This document shows, piece by piece, positions 16,220 through 30,699 of a DNA stretch of 64,000 nt. The notes beneath the pieces were generated by a model. The model was given only the letters and a program-made list of their open reading frames with translations, made no database searches and was not told the origin of the DNA. Location: assembly GCA_964016885.1 (NCBI GenBank), contig OZ024761.1, positions 7,316,001-7,380,000 of the forward strand, given 5' to 3'. Position 1 is the stretch's first letter, and each line of letters opens with the position of its first letter. The position numbers and the translations under genes are program-made. This DNA is from Eledone cirrhosa. Taxonomy: Eukaryota.

Positions 16220-17085
16220 TGTAATAATCTAATTAAAAAGCTTAAAACTTACTACAAACGTCTCTTCTAATTGGTTTTATATTCTTATCTCCGTTTTAAA
16301 GAATTTGGAAAATTATCAAAAACTCTGGTTTAAGTAAATATAACCAGCTTTCTTTTAGTGTATTGAGCATAGGTTTTCACCTCTAAATATACATTTCTAC
16401 GACTCTGTCACGTAAAGAGATAGTAGTTTGACTACCTCATACTACTCCTCTGCTGCCTGTGTAAATGTATATTTGTGTGTGTTTACACGTTTATATTTAC
16501 ATACCCGTGCATATAAATGATAGCATATGCACATATACACACGTCAAACTTTCGTATTGTAGGTAGAACGAGTGTTTAAACTCTGGAAGCCAGCTTTATT
16601 ACTAAGCTGCGTGTTTAGAGAGTAATAAACACTATATAAGTTTTTTAGTGTGGTAGAACCAGGGTAGGTTTTTTTTTTAATGAAAAGTGTGTTAAAAAGC
16701 TGGTTCCTACCTTGAATATATTTTCAAAATTAGCCATAGTAGTAGCTAAAACGTCCACAACATGTCAACCACTCTCAGGTATGTTAAACGTTCATCTAAT
16801 ATACCTGGGCGGCAGTGTTGTCAAAGACAAACCAACCGACTAACCAGCAAGTAGAGACCATCGAAATCATTAAAGATAAATTAATGGGAGGTGAACATGG
16901 GAAGAAAAGAGAGAGAGAGAGAGGCAAGTGGTGAATGAGAAGAAGTATTAACATGTCTGGGTGAAGAAGAGCTATTAGTTTAATTACCAGAACTTATGCA
17001 ACAATATAAGGATGGCAATATTTATAGAAATTGGCAGTAAAAACACATACAAGACTTATATGTACGGTGTATGGACCAAAAAAAT

Positions 17086-17091
17086 TTTATT
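17086..17091 (-). promoter_or_regulatory. Candidate polyadenylation signal of H3.3
   Basis: AATAAA on the minus strand ~1 kb after the H3.3 stop. Confidence 0.4.
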
Positions 17092-18102
17092 ATGAAGCTA
17101 AAGTGAGATGCAAATACATTTGATGTAAAGAGACAAGGACAAAAAAAATGGGCGGGGGTGGGGTTTACAATTTAAATTACGGGGGTGAGGGCGAAATGGG
17201 GTTGGGGGGGTAAGGTTAGTGTGTATAGATAGATGACAAGGAGAGGGGAGTGGAAGAGAGTTTATAACCAACCCTCAACTTCCTTAGAAAGATGAGAAAA
17301 ATACAACCTAACTTAGAAAAAAAACTGTGGCCCTTAATTAATAGGGACAGGGAGATCAAAATTAAGGGCCTGTAGGTGTGAGAGAGAGGTGTAGTCAGTG
17401 AGGACGTTTGTAAACAACAACCCCCCAGACTACTGTTAATATACATACACACTATGGGCGATACCATTCAGAAGCAATGGGGGAGAGAGGGAGGGGAGTA
17501 CGAAAATAAAAATAAACGACTCCACTGGAATAAATAAAACGGCAAGTTTCCTGTGTGACCCCTCAATGTAATTTCAAAAACACTGATGGAGAGGGACGAG
17601 AGGAGGAGGAGGTTGTTGTTTTGAAAGGGAGACGGGGTGGTGAGGGAGGGATAACAAACCTCGTTGATGGAACACATCTTTACAACAGAAGGGCAGGGTG
17701 GGCACGGGTGGGCGGGATAGATGACGGCGACAGAGGAAAGCTTGGACAGGAATTAAAAAGAAAAGAAAAAGAAAAAGGAAAAAAAAAAAAAATACATCTT
17801 TTCCAAAATAATTATACCAATAATGGTCTACAATGTGTCTTTATAAAAAGTTTTATGTCCTAATATGAAATATTACAAAATGATGACATGAAAATGGTTG
17901 TAGTAATTCATATTATTATTATTATGGTCAGTAATTATATGAGAGAAAGATATAGAGTTGTGTGGCGGTGTTTTTTGTGGTTTAGACATTTTTTAGTGGG
18001 GGGAGGAAGAGGTGTACATTTTTGTTTTTTTTTCTTTTGTTGTTATACAGTTGTGGTGTGTGTAGGAAAAGAGGGCAAAGGTAAAGTGGTGTGTGGTGGT
18101 GT

Positions 18103-18252
<150 letters not shown>

Positions 18253-18319
18253 TCACTTTAACATCAAGAGAACAACTACTATAAAGCACACATCTTTACA
18301 AACATACTTTATACTTTTA

Positions 18320-18490
18320 AAACAAGGCCAGCAAATAATCCCAATGCATTACTGCTACTTTATTTATCGACCCCCCCCCCCCCACCACCATGTTAACCTC
18401 GGCGGTATTTCAACTCAGAACGTAAAGGGCCATAACTCCGTGCCGCAAAGCACGATGTCTCACGCTCTACCGATACTGTCAACCCACCGC
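18320..18490 (-). mobile_element. tRNA-derived SINE in the H3.3 intron (family also at 12420-12525, 26520-26668, 29472-29652, 29945-30050, 62000-62052)
   Basis: Shared GAGTTCAAATCCCGCCGAGGTTGACTTT...GTCGATAAATAAAGTACCAGTAATGCA-type sequence with B-box. Confidence 0.75.
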
Positions 18491-18887
18491 AACAGTAACT
18501 CACTCATCACTTAGTATAAAAATTTAACAAACCACTGTTTAAACTAATATAAAGAAGCCCCACATATAATATAATACACCCCCCCTCCTACAGTAGTTAG
18601 ATTAAACCATTAAAATACAAACCAGCACCTTATATAGACGATACGATACACTCACCGTACTTAAACAAATTATAATTTAATCTAAATAAAAACGACATTC
18701 CACCTCTCCCTGCGATAATCTAGTTAAATATTACGAAATATATAAAAACTAGACATTAATATATGTATTTATATCATATATATTTGAAATCAAGATTAAC
18801 ATGATAAATTATAGTTAACTACATCAGAATTTATCCACATCTGATGATTCACCCCAACTTCTCTAAGCTAGGTGCCGTGTACTTCAC

Positions 18888-18936
<49 letters not shown>

Positions 18937-19276
18937 GGAATACTGTTGGCTTCTTGCTACAATAATTTCTATACCTTTCATTTATATATATATAGTGTGT
19001 GTGTGTGCGCTAATTTTAGGTTTTATCAATATATATATAAAATATCAGTGTCTCAGTACACAGCTCCATTAATATGTATAAAGAAAATCAGAAAATTAAC
19101 AAAATATACACTTATTGTATATTAATTTAACACACACACATATACATATATATATATATAGAGAGAGAGGGAGGGGGTAAACGTTAAAATAAACAACCCC
19201 CCTCCCATTATATATAGATAGAGGAGAGGGAAGAGGTAAACAATAACACCGTTAGAGGGAAGGGAAGTAAATATTA

Positions 19277-19660
<384 letters not shown>

Positions 19661-19701
19661 TTACGAGAAGGACTGCTACTGCAATGAAACAACATACATA
19701 C

Positions 19702-19765
19702 ACTGACTCGTTGCACCAACAGCGTGGCGGGTTTATATAGCAACTAGTCTGGGCGGCGCATGCGC
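19702..19765 (-). promoter_or_regulatory. Proximal H3.3 core promoter (GCGCATGCGC NRF1-type palindrome, GC box, TATATAAA, TCAGT Inr)
   Basis: TATA 19732-19739, Inr 19702-19706 about 30 bp downstream, palindrome 19756-19765. Confidence 0.6.
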
Positions 19766-19817
19766 ACTGACCACACTAAAAACAATGCTAAAGCGACAAG
19801 AAATTACATTTAACGGT

Positions 19818-20145
19818 AGAACCATATGACTATCCTTCTGGTTATATTATACACACAGACGTAGCTGGTTCTCTTCTAATAACGATAGTAGGAGAACCAT
19901 ATCACTACCCTTCTGGCTATATTATACACAGACGTAGCTGGTTCTCTTCTAATGACGATAGGAGAACCATATCACTACCCTTCTGGCTATATTATACACA
20001 GACGTAGCTGGTTCTCTTCTAATGACGATAGGAGAACCATATCACTACCCTTCTGGTTATGCTGGTTCTCTTCTAATGACGATAGGTGAACCATATAACT
20101 ATCCTACCTATATTATACACACAGACGTAGCTGGTTCTCTTCTAA
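19818..20145. repeat. 70-bp tandem repeat (~4.5 units), degenerating to ~20720
   Basis: GGAGAACCAT recurs at 19891, 19961, 20031. Confidence 0.9.
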
Positions 20146-21814
20146 TATGGTTGATAGGCTTCGTCTTCTAAATATCTAGGCCAATCTACCATCTCTGTAG
20201 TTGTACACAATGAGGCGATATATCTATCTTTCTATATACTGAAAGCTAGACATATATCTATCTTTCTGGCTATATATATATATAGATCTAGTCTAATATG
20301 GTTGATAGTGTAGCTTTGCCAACACAAAGGCGATATATCTCTGTATACTTAGAGACAAGCCCCCGACATATCTATCGTTCTAGCTATGATATACTTAGAT
20401 CTAGTTTAGTCTAATATGGTCGTTAGCCTAGCTTTTGGTCTATTATTTCTAGACTAACAAGCGATTTATCTATTTTTCTAGCTTAGATCATCTAATATGG
20501 TTGATACATTCATCTTGCTCTTATTTCTAGGCCAGCCACACAAGGAGGCGATATATCTATCTTTCTGGCTATATTACACATCAACCTTGCTGGGTCAACT
20601 TTCACAAAGACTCTCTTTCTCTCTCTCTTCCACCATATTCTAGGCCATCTAATATTCTAATTGTAAAAATTACCTACACATGGAGGCTACATGTCTATCT
20701 TTCTACATATATCCAATCATTTAATTATGGCTCATACAGATTGGTCGTCAATTCTTACCACATCTATATACTTATGTCCTCCATTCAAAATATTTATAAT
20801 ATTCTACACACGCCATTTATTAGTAAATCGATCACTTTAACAGATAGATTTTATATTTAGATAATAATGGCGATAAGCAGAGGAGTGGTTCTTTTTTTTT
20901 TTCCGTTCTAATTGGACGAGCATTTTTTTCTACCCACAAAAAATAAAATTGCAATTTCTCTTTAAATTAATCAAATTTAAGAAAAAAGTTTTTATCCCAG
21001 AATTTTAAAAAACTAATTAAAAATTTGCCAAGAATCGTGAATTAAGTACGAAAAACATTAATATATTAAATATGGCGAAAACATAAAATTATGAGTTTTT
21101 TTAAATAAAAAAATATTTGAGGAAAATATTTACAATATGGCTAAATCTATAACAGTGGAATATATATCAAGATTTATAAAGATTTATTACTAATATCATT
21201 AAGTAGATCTATAATTTCACATCTGATTCGTTAACAATTTTGTAATAATAGCAAAATATAATAAATTAGAGACTAAAAGAAAAAGATACACTCGCCATGA
21301 ATGTTTACAGAAAAATACAAGAGATTTTAATCCTATTTCGTTTTATATATGTATATCTATAATATATCTATATATATTATATCTAAAAGCGTTTCAAATA
21401 TTAAAATATCTTTAGTATATGGAAACGCTTTCATTTTCCAAATAAATAAACATTACTTATGTAACAACAACACCAAGTTGAACAAGAAAAGTGATTTGAA
21501 TTGAAATTAAGGTGAACAAGAAAGAATGGAGGAGATGACGAACCGACCTAGTTTTGAAAAAGGTTTCTTTTTAAAGAAAAGAATGAATATATATTTATCA
21601 TAGCTATGGGAACACTTCTATAAATAGTTAAAAACAATTGCTGCATGGAAGGTTCTTCTCCTCTCAACTAAACCGATTCTAATTTCTACACGAGAAATAA
21701 ATAAATATATATATTATTATGTGTGTATAACGTGTAATAATAAAATATGAATTGTTATTTCTGGGTGAAGCAGATAGTGCTTCTAAAATAAATAATAAAG
21801 AAGAGAGGAGAGAG

Positions 21815-22260
21815 GAAACGACTGCACCAACGACGGTGGCTTTATAAACAAGCAATATGGCGGGAGTGAGATGGAGGAAAGCACCAACACAGACCGACAA
21901 TGAGAGGGACATTTTCTCACATATAACTTCGTCCCTAGTAAAATGTCGCCAGGGGTTCAGAAATGGCGATCATTTGGTCATATTTCGAAGGGGACAGCAA
22001 AAGTAAATATAAACAAGCAACTTACATTATTTCCAGGGGTAGGAATTATATAGATTCAAAGTCAAATTACAACCTCGAAGTATACAACCTTAATAGATGG
22101 AATAGCTCATTAGCGTTACAACCATGTGACCCTACGTGGAGGAACGTTATTGGACGGCCTGCTCGGCTTCCGATTGGTTATCAAGCAAGCCGTTTCATTG
22201 GTCAGTTTGAGAAATAACACGCACTAACGATTGGATAGAAATTGGCGGTTTTCATTGGTG
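21815..22260 (-). promoter_or_regulatory. Distal promoter-like region: TATAAA (21841-21846), ATGGCG motifs, six CCAAT boxes
   Basis: ATTGG at 22149, 22173, 22197, 22230, 22241, 22254; TATA followed by GCCAC..GTTGGTGCA as in the proximal promoter. Confidence 0.6.
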
Positions 22261-22641
22261 GAATATCTTCGGAGCCGCTTGAGCCGATTTTTCTTCATTT
22301 TTTAAAGCTGATCATTTGGCATAAAAATATCTCACTTCTTACTCGAAGTTGATTTTAACCAGTGCTCATTATATTTAACTAATTTCATTAGGAATTGATG
22401 ATTATCCATAGAAACAATCCGGATTTCTTTATAATGGTCATGTGGTCTCATTTACTAATTCCCACTTCACCATATCCGTGTATTAAGACAAAATAGTGCG
22501 AGGCTTTATATATTTATTCTCAACAAATGTTAATCTTAGTGCAACACTCGGTTACAACAGGAAATATATATATATATAAATTGTGAAGAACCTGTTAAGA
22601 ATTTTTTTTTAATTTGAATTTTATATATATATGTGTGTGTG

Positions 22642-22797
22642 CCAGGTTCAATCGGGGGTAACCACAGTAAGTAAGGTACTCAATACATAGAGTATAGACA
22701 TGGCTTCTACAGGACTAGAACTGTTTCATTCGTAGGAAATCATCAGGAAAGCTCTGATAATTTCCTTCGAATGAAACAGTTCTAGTCCTGTAGAAGC
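22642..22797. mobile_element. Hammerhead-bearing short repeat (family A) as a head-to-head fold-back
   Basis: Minus-strand CUGAUGA..GAAACAG..CUGUA at 22702-22750 followed by an inverted copy at 22751-22797; same family as 13257-13325, 50085-50215, 50705-50792, 52488-52760, 61622-61760. Confidence 0.8.
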
Positions 22798-23344
22798 TGT
22801 TTAGATATATATATATATATATATATATATATCTAAAGAGTTAACAGTTTAAACTAGTAAGACCATTGTTTAGTTAAGTACTCGATACTTAGGAAAGTAT
22901 AGTGTAGGAGTTGATAAGAGTTACTGCTCGGCAGCTGAGTTCTTGCCCTTTTGATATATACAAACACACATCCAATTCAATTTTATGAACGTATTTTTCC
23001 TAAATTAGATAACAAGGCAGCTACTGTGATGCAGAATTCAGCTATTAAATGACTAACATTTGCAAACGTATACAACCCACATTGGAATTATTGCAAGCTA
23101 CCTTATAAAAACGAGATAATGCAGCTTATAATAAGCTATACTGTTTTATTATTAGTTTCATGCAGTGAGAAGTGGTCATGTTGGGGCACACAAAAGACGA
23201 AAATATGATGACCATAGTTAGAACACCTTTGATCATGGGTGAGCTTGATCACAACTAACCTAGGGTTAAACAATACAAGCCAACAAAGAGCCTTTACGTA
23301 GTTACTTGTATATGTATGTATGCATGCATGCATGCTATAAAGAG

Positions 23345-23975
23345 GTGTAGGTGTCAACAAAAAGCACCCAGTCAACTCTGTAAAGTACTTGTGTAGGCAT
23401 CACAACAAAAAGCACCCGGTCAACTCTGTAAAGTACTTGCGTAGGCGTCACAACAAAAAGCACCCAGTCAACTCTGTAAAGTACTTGCGTAGGCGTCACA
23501 ACAAAAAGCACCCAGTCAACTCTGTAAAGTACTTGCGTAGGCGTCACAACAAAAAGCACCCAGTCAACTCTGTAAAGTACTTGTGTAGGCGTCACAACAA
23601 AAAGCACCCGGTCAACTCTGTAAAGTACTTGCGTAGGTATCACAACAAAAAGCACCCAGTCAACTCTGTAAAGTACTTGTGTAGGCGTCACAACAAAAAG
23701 CACCCAGTCAACTCTGTAAAGTACTTGCGTAGGTATCACAACAAAAAGCACCCAGTCAACTCTGTAAAGTACTTGTGTAGGCGTCACAACAAAAAGCACC
23801 CAGTCAACTCTGTAAAGTACTTGTGTAGGCGTCACAACAAAAAGCACCCAGCACACACACTGTAAATGTGATTGGTGTTAGGAAGGGCATCCAGCCATAG
23901 AAACCGACTCCTACCTGACCTCTCACAAAAAGACAGCCCATTCTAGCATGGAAAATGGACATTAAATAATGAGAA
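23345..23975 (+). repeat. SINE-core element with an internal 48-bp minisatellite (~10 units)
   Basis: GTAGGCGTCACAACAAAAAGCACCCAGTCAACTCTGTAAAGTACTTGC repeated, then TTAGGAAGGGCATCCAGC core and RTE-like tail. Confidence 0.9.
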
Positions 23976-26699
23976 TGCATGGTCCTGTGGTTCCTGAGAT
24001 TGTCATATGGATGCTGTATTGATATACAGTGCTTCTAGATCATTTTTTTAAACCTGGCAGAGCCCATCTCCTCTCCAAGTCTGAATATAGCAGACTTCTT
24101 ACAGGGAAGGATAACAAGTGAGAAAGACACGTATAAAAAGAATCGACACCCAGTACTTGACTGCTACTTTTTTATTGACCTAGAATGGATGAAAGGTAAA
24201 ATTGAACTCAGGGTGGATGAATACCACTGACGTTCTAACAACTTCTAAAAAATCACACCCTAATAACAAAGACCCCTTCTTTTCTCCTCCCACTTATTCC
24301 TGAGAGGGTTGTGGAGGCAAACTCCTCAAACACTCCTTCCAGCAGGTCCTGCCTGAAGCAACCGCCTCCAATTGATCCGGCTGGATCCCTAAGTGAGACC
24401 AGCCAAGCTCATGGATGTTATCCAACCATCTTGGTCTACCCCTAGTCCTGTAAATTTAATGTAATCATAGATATATTGTCTGAATAAATAGAGATAGAAT
24501 GATGATAGGCCTGTTAAATGAGGAGGCAAGGGGCCTCATGTTAAACAACAACCACAACCTCCAATAGTATGGGCCATTGAGGAAGTTTTGGTAATAATTT
24601 AACACCAGTTAGATTTCTGAAATCATGTCTTAGATAATGTATGTCCTACATAATATTTTAAAATGTGGGATCTTCTCAACTGAACTGTTTTGGATCCTTA
24701 CTGTGCTGCGTCAGAGTTGAGCTGATTGAAGGGGGAAAGAAATTAAGATGAATATTTAGAAAATAAAAATTCAAAACAAATGCAGACATTTCAAATAAAT
24801 CTAAAATACACCCAGTACACTCTGTAAAGTGGTTGTTCGAGATAATGTGGTGTAAAAAAGACTCATTAGTCTGGCTCAGAACATAATTTCTCTAGTATTG
24901 GTGTCATGATAAGATACACCCAGTACACTCTGTAAAGTGGTAGCCTGGTGCCATGATAAGATACACCCAGTACACTCTGTAAAGTGGTAGCCCTGGTGCC
25001 ATGATAAAATACACTCAGTAAACTAGTTGGTGTTATGAAGAACATCAAGCCATAGTAGCCCCAGCAAAGTGTGGTCTCTTGACCCATCTATCAGGACAGG
25101 TACAGCCCATACCAGTGTTGAAAGTGGGTGTTATATCTAATATATAAGGATTGGAGGACTACAACACTGTGTCAGGGATATCACATTATTAAAATAAGTT
25201 GGATTACTTTGAAGAAACCATGAATGAATATTATGTAATTTATCTCCTAAATTTCGTAGCTCCTGATTAAACAAATATTCTTATATATAATGATTGCTTA
25301 TTTTAAGATTCACTTCTTTTAAAATTTTCAAATGTCTACACTTCCGGTTAGCGTTCGTTATATCATAACACTTCGCCATACACTATATCACATTGCTTAT
25401 ATATCATTATATATAAACGCTCATATATTTGCATCGTTATATAACATTTATATTTCCGTCAGTAATTTTCTCCTTTTTCATTTTCATTACATTTCACCGT
25501 AATGCAGTTTATATATAATATCGTCTTTTTTTATATATATCATGGATTACTTTACTGATTACAGAAGACAGTGTAACACAGTCTCTCTTCAATTTCTGTA
25601 CATATTGTTAATTAGGGTTTTATTTGACGTGTCATATCTACATGCATGTATATTTGCATATAATATCAACATGTACACATCACATGCTAGCAGAAAACCA
25701 CTCGAAGTGATGATAATAGTGAATACAGATTTGAAATTACGGTTTATACTCAATTATAAACAGGAATATGTGACCAAGAAATCGATACAAGAAGGGGCAG
25801 GGTGTCAGCTTATATTTGGTGTCAATATTTTGATGATTTTCATCAACTTCAAATTCTATGTAAATAAGGTTTGGATTTTTGCCCATTTCTCAGACATAAC
25901 ATATTTGGGTCAGCTTATATTCAAGTCGAGAGAACCCTTCCACTGTGTCAAAGACACAACAACCTCCCTAGCGTTGGTGGTCTACACAATAAATGCACCC
26001 AGTACGCTTGGTAAAGTGGTTGGTGATAGGAAGGGCATCCAGCCATAGAAAGCTTCCCAAACAAAGAGTTGGAAGGACCCTTCAGCTGTGTCAAAAGACA
26101 CGACAGCTTCTCTACGTTTGAGAATGGCCGCACGTAAGCTGTACAGACTTGGTTTATGTAGACTTGTCCAACCCTTGTTAGCAGGAGACATTGAATGATA
26201 ATAATACGGTATACCCAAGTCATTCCTGTAGGAAAAGTGAGTGTAAAATAATGATGATGATGAACAGAGATATGAAATGCTAAACTGAAAAAAATAAAAG
26301 CATATAACTTACAGGAGGATAAAAATGATTAGTTAGCTTTAGAACTATGTATGTATGGTCCCGTAACTCCTGATAAAGTCATAGGGGCACCATATTAACA
26401 TACGCCGTTCCTTGGGCATTTTAATCCTGGTGGCACCCATCCCTCTGCAAGCCTGAGTACAGCAGATTTCTTCCAGAGAAATATAGAAAGTGAGAGAGAG
26501 GAAATGAGAAAGAGATATAGAGGAAGAATCGACCCCAGTACTAGACTGGTATTTTTTTATCAACCTCGAAAGGATTAAAGGTAAAGTTGAACTCAAAGAG
26601 CAGAGAGCTGGAACAAATGACATAAAGCATTCTATCAGACATTCTAATGACTCTGCCAATTCACCGCCTATAGAACTGTATATAGATTTCAAAGAATTA

Positions 26700-26891
26700 C
26701 CATATATACTTGAATATAAGCCAACCCCTTATTTTATGTCTGAGAAATGGGCAAAAATCCAAACCCCATTTATAAGCCAAGGCAGCTTATTAACAAATCG
26801 TTTAGAGAGTATAAATTATGCCAAGCTCCCATTTTATCCATCAATTTTTGGGGGGTCACATATTCTTCGGTTTATATTCAAATATATATGG
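26700..26891. mobile_element. Tc1/mariner-superfamily MITE (partial copy at 25795-25928)
   Basis: TIRs CCATATATACTTGAATATAAGCC / GGTTTATATTCAAATATATATGG flanked by TA. Confidence 0.7.
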
Positions 26892-26904
26892 TATGAAGTA
26901 AAAC

Positions 26905-27240
26905 TTCATGTGTGTGTGTTGGATCTCTGTTGTTCTCAACGACGAGTACTTCAGTTGATTCAATCAACAGAATTATCTACTCATGAAATTAATGTGTAAG
27001 TGGCCAAGCATTCTATCAACACATGAACCTTTTAACATAGTTATCAGGGAAATTCAGCATCACAGTGTGCGACAAGGCTGGCCACTTGAAATACAGGTAC
27101 AAATCATCTTTTGCTATCTGATTGGAGTGGAGCAACAAGAAATAAAGTGTCTTGCTCTAGAATGCAACACACTGGCTGATTCAGGAATCGAACACACGAC
27201 CTTGCGATCATGAGCCAAACACCCTAACCACTAAGCCACA
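26905..27240 (-). mobile_element. tRNA-derived SINE
   Basis: Minus strand TGGCTTAGTGGTTAGG (A box) and GTTCGATTCC (B box). Confidence 0.75.
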
Positions 27241-27449
27241 CTCTGCTTTAGTGTAATCAGTAACAGAGCTGTCCAGCATATATATGTAGTGAACTTCTAA
27301 CATTTGCTACAAATGAAATCAGCACAATGGATAATGAGGTTATGGATCATAGATAAGGGTTTTAGGGTGGAGACTACAACTAAAAGAGGTAGATAAGTTA
27401 AGCGGCTTGGCTTTGCATTATAGATAAAGAGTTTATGGTGGGGTTATGA

Positions 27450-28068
27450 GGAAACAATGTCTCCATTGGTCTCCCCATTGTTGATACTATCTGTCAGTCA
27501 CAACTCCTGGCAGAGGAAAAGACATAATTACCAGATCTGACCAAGGAAACAATGTTTCCATTGCTGATACTATCTGTCAGTCACAACTCCTGGCAGAGGA
27601 AAAGACCTAATTACCAGATCTGATCAAGGAAACAATGTTTCCATTGGTCTTTCCATTGCTGATACTATCTGTCAGTCACAACTCCTGGCAGAGGAAAAGA
27701 CCTAATTACCAGATCTGATCAAGGAAACAATGTTTCCATTGGTCTTTCCATTGCTGATACTATCTGTTGGTCACAACTCCTGGCAGAGGAAAAGACCTAA
27801 TTACCAGATCTGATCAAGGAAACAATGTTTCCATTGGTCTTTCCATTGCTGATACTATCTGTTGGTCACAACTCCTGGCAGAGGAAAAGACATAATTACC
27901 AGATCTGATCAAGGAAACAATGTTTCCATTGGTCTTTCCATTGCTGATACTATCTGTTGGTCACAACTCCTGGCAGAGGGAAAGGAGCTGATTATTAGAT
28001 CAGACCAAATAATGTTTCCATTGATCTTTCCATTGCTGATACAATCTGTTGGTCACAACTTCTGGCAA
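27450..28068. repeat. 95-bp minisatellite (~6.5 units)
   Basis: GGAAACAATG at 27628, 27723, 27818, 27913. Confidence 0.92.
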
Positions 28069-28229
28069 AAGAGTCACTGTTTTTCCACTGACAAGAGAAG
28101 GGATCTGAACTAAGGACACTCAGATTCAGCACAGATACCATAAAATATCCAGTCCGACACGTTAACAATTCCAACAAAAACATTGATTTGGTCCGCTTCT
28201 TTTTTATTTATCAACTCTGAAAGGAATGT

Positions 28230-29940
28230 CCTCTCAAGGAAGCCTGTGCAGTGCACTCTATATGTAAATGGAGTTCCACTGAAGCAGATGGAGAAGTTCA
28301 GGGCTGTGTTCATGAGTGATGGAAGGCAGGGGACTGAATTAAGTGCTAGAATTGCAGGAGCTGGTGCAGTAATGTGCCAGCTTCAACATTCAGTCATCAG
28401 AAGAAGGGAGGTAGGTGTAAAAGCCAAACTCACTATTTTCAATGCAGTATTTGTGCCAACCCTTAGTTTTAGTTGTAAATCTTGAAAGAATACAATCATG
28501 AATACAAGCGTCCCGAAATGGGGTTCCTCCGAAGGGTCTTTGGAGTAACATTACTCGATAGAGTGCGTAGCTTTGAAATCAGAAAGTCACTCCAGGTAGA
28601 GCCACTACGTCTACGAATTGAGAGATTACAACTCAGGTCCTATGGGCATGAGGTTAGAATGTCTCAGGAAAGAATCGCTGGACATATTTTATGGACAAAA
28701 CCTAACAGCATGAGAGCCAGAGTTAGACCCCCCCCCCTATATATATATATATCCAGGGAGTGTAACTTGGAGTTACTGTAGGTTCTTCACCCGGGTGAGC
28801 ACTCGATGTTTAGGTTCACTTCAGTGTCGAGGTGTAGAGCTATACAGAGTGTATTATAGTTAAATAAGATATATATACATATATATATCAGAATGGATGC
28901 AGTAAAAAACAGTTAGACCATTATTCACCAGAGTACTCGATACTTGGGGCAGTAGAGTGGATAATATGAAAAATTCAGGACCCCAACGGCTGAGCTTCTG
29001 CCGTTTCAACAGCTAGATCTAGCTATTAAAACGGCAGAAGCTCCCGAATTTTTCATATATATATATGTAAACAGACAGATAGATATATAGATGAGATTGC
29101 TAGACAAACATATATTGATACAAAAATACAAACATAAATAGTTAACAATGGAAAGAGAGAGAGAGAGAACATATAAATATGTGAATGAAAGAGGGATGGG
29201 GTCGAGGAATATAGTAGCTGTATTAACCATTTCACGTGCGTTTTTCTAATTAATTGCACTGTATTTCAATTAATTAATCGATGGAGAATTTTGAGGCATT
29301 CACTAAAATTGTTTTGTTTTTTTACTAAGATCGAAACTTAACATATGGTTGTCATGTATAAAATTATGTTAGGTTTTAATTTAAATCGGAAGCTTTTAAA
29401 ATAGGTGGTTTTTGTTTCATAGAACTAGAGGCCAACTTTAGTCGAGTTGGTATCGAAAAGGTTTAATAATTGTTTCTACTTTTGGCACAAGGCCAGCAAC
29501 TACCCAGTGCATTACTGGTACTTTATTTTATCGACCCCGTAAGGATGAAAGGCAAAGTCAACCTCGGCGGGATTTGAACTCAGATCATAAAGGGACGTAA
29601 CTCTATGCTTCATAGCATGGTGTCCGACTCTCTACCGATACTGACAATCCACAATAATGAAGTGATGAGAGAGATAAGAAGGATTGTCCACTATAGAATC
29701 ACTCATAACGATATATACACACAAGGTTACAAATTTAAGGGATTATATCATCTCTAGCAGGAGACCCAGGGGTAGATCCCAAGCAAGATGGTTGGATAAC
29801 ATGCATGAGCTTGGCTGGTCTCACTGGGAGATCCAGCCAGATCAGTTGAAGACAGTTGCTTCTGACAGGATCTGCTAAGAGGAGTGTTTGATGACTGCCT
29901 CCCACACAACCCTCTTAGGAATAAGTGGGCGAAGAAGAAG
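28230..29940 (+). mobile_element. Old RTE (Expander-like) 3' region in two pieces (28230-28728, 29757-29940) separated by insertions
   Basis: EMGFLRRVFGVTLLDRVRS...QLRSYGHEVRM, then RPRGRSQARWLD; frameshifted. Confidence 0.75.
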
Positions 29941-30072
29941 AACTCTGAAGGGATGAAAGGCAAAGTTGACTTTGGTAAGATTTGAACACAGAAGAAACTG
30001 GAACAAATAGCAAGGTATTTAATCCAATGCTCTACTGACTCTGCCAAATCACAATCTGTAGTAAGTACAACA

Positions 30073-30120
30073 ACTAGTTTAACTAGTTTAACTAGTTTAA
30101 CTAGTTTAACTAGTTTAACT
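30073..30120. repeat. 9-bp tandem repeat (AACTAGTTT)n
   Basis: About 5 exact units. Confidence 0.9.
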
Positions 30121-30225
30121 TACAGTGAAAATATAGACATGTGATGTGAGTTCAATGACTCAGTCCCAATTATTTGTGTAGATTATAGCTATGTTATATA
30201 TCTGTGCTGCAGCTGGCTGGGGTGC

Positions 30226-30570
30226 CAGCAACTGTTGCCCGAGGGTAGGGGTTATTACAGCAACTCAAATAGTTGCCTGAGAGTAGGTGTTATCACAGCA
30301 ACTCAAATAGTTGCCTGAGGGTAGGGGTTATCACAGCAACTGAGATAGTTGCCTGAGGGTAGGGGTTATCACAGCAACTGAGATAGTTGCCCGAGGGTAG
30401 GGGGTTATCACAGCAACTGAGATAGTTGCCTGAGGGTAGGAGTTATCACAGCAACTCAAAAAGTTGCTACAAAGTAAGAGTTATTACATGGCAACTCAGA
30501 TAGTTGCCAGAGGGTAGAAGTTATCACATAGCAGGCAACTATCTGAATTGCCACGGGGTAGGAAGTATCA
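30226..30570. repeat. ~38-bp minisatellite with an internal inverted pair (GCAACT...AGTTGC)
   Basis: GAGGGTAGGGGTTATCACAGCAACTGAGATAGTTGCCT, ~9 units. Confidence 0.88.
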
Positions 30571-30699
30571 CCTGATGAGTTAAGGGTTTCTCAAATAAAA
30601 TGTCATTTCTAATGACATACACTTTATTTCAATTAATTATTGAAAAATGTTGAAGGTTTAACTAAAATTATTAATTACTAGAATTTTTTTCCATATGCT

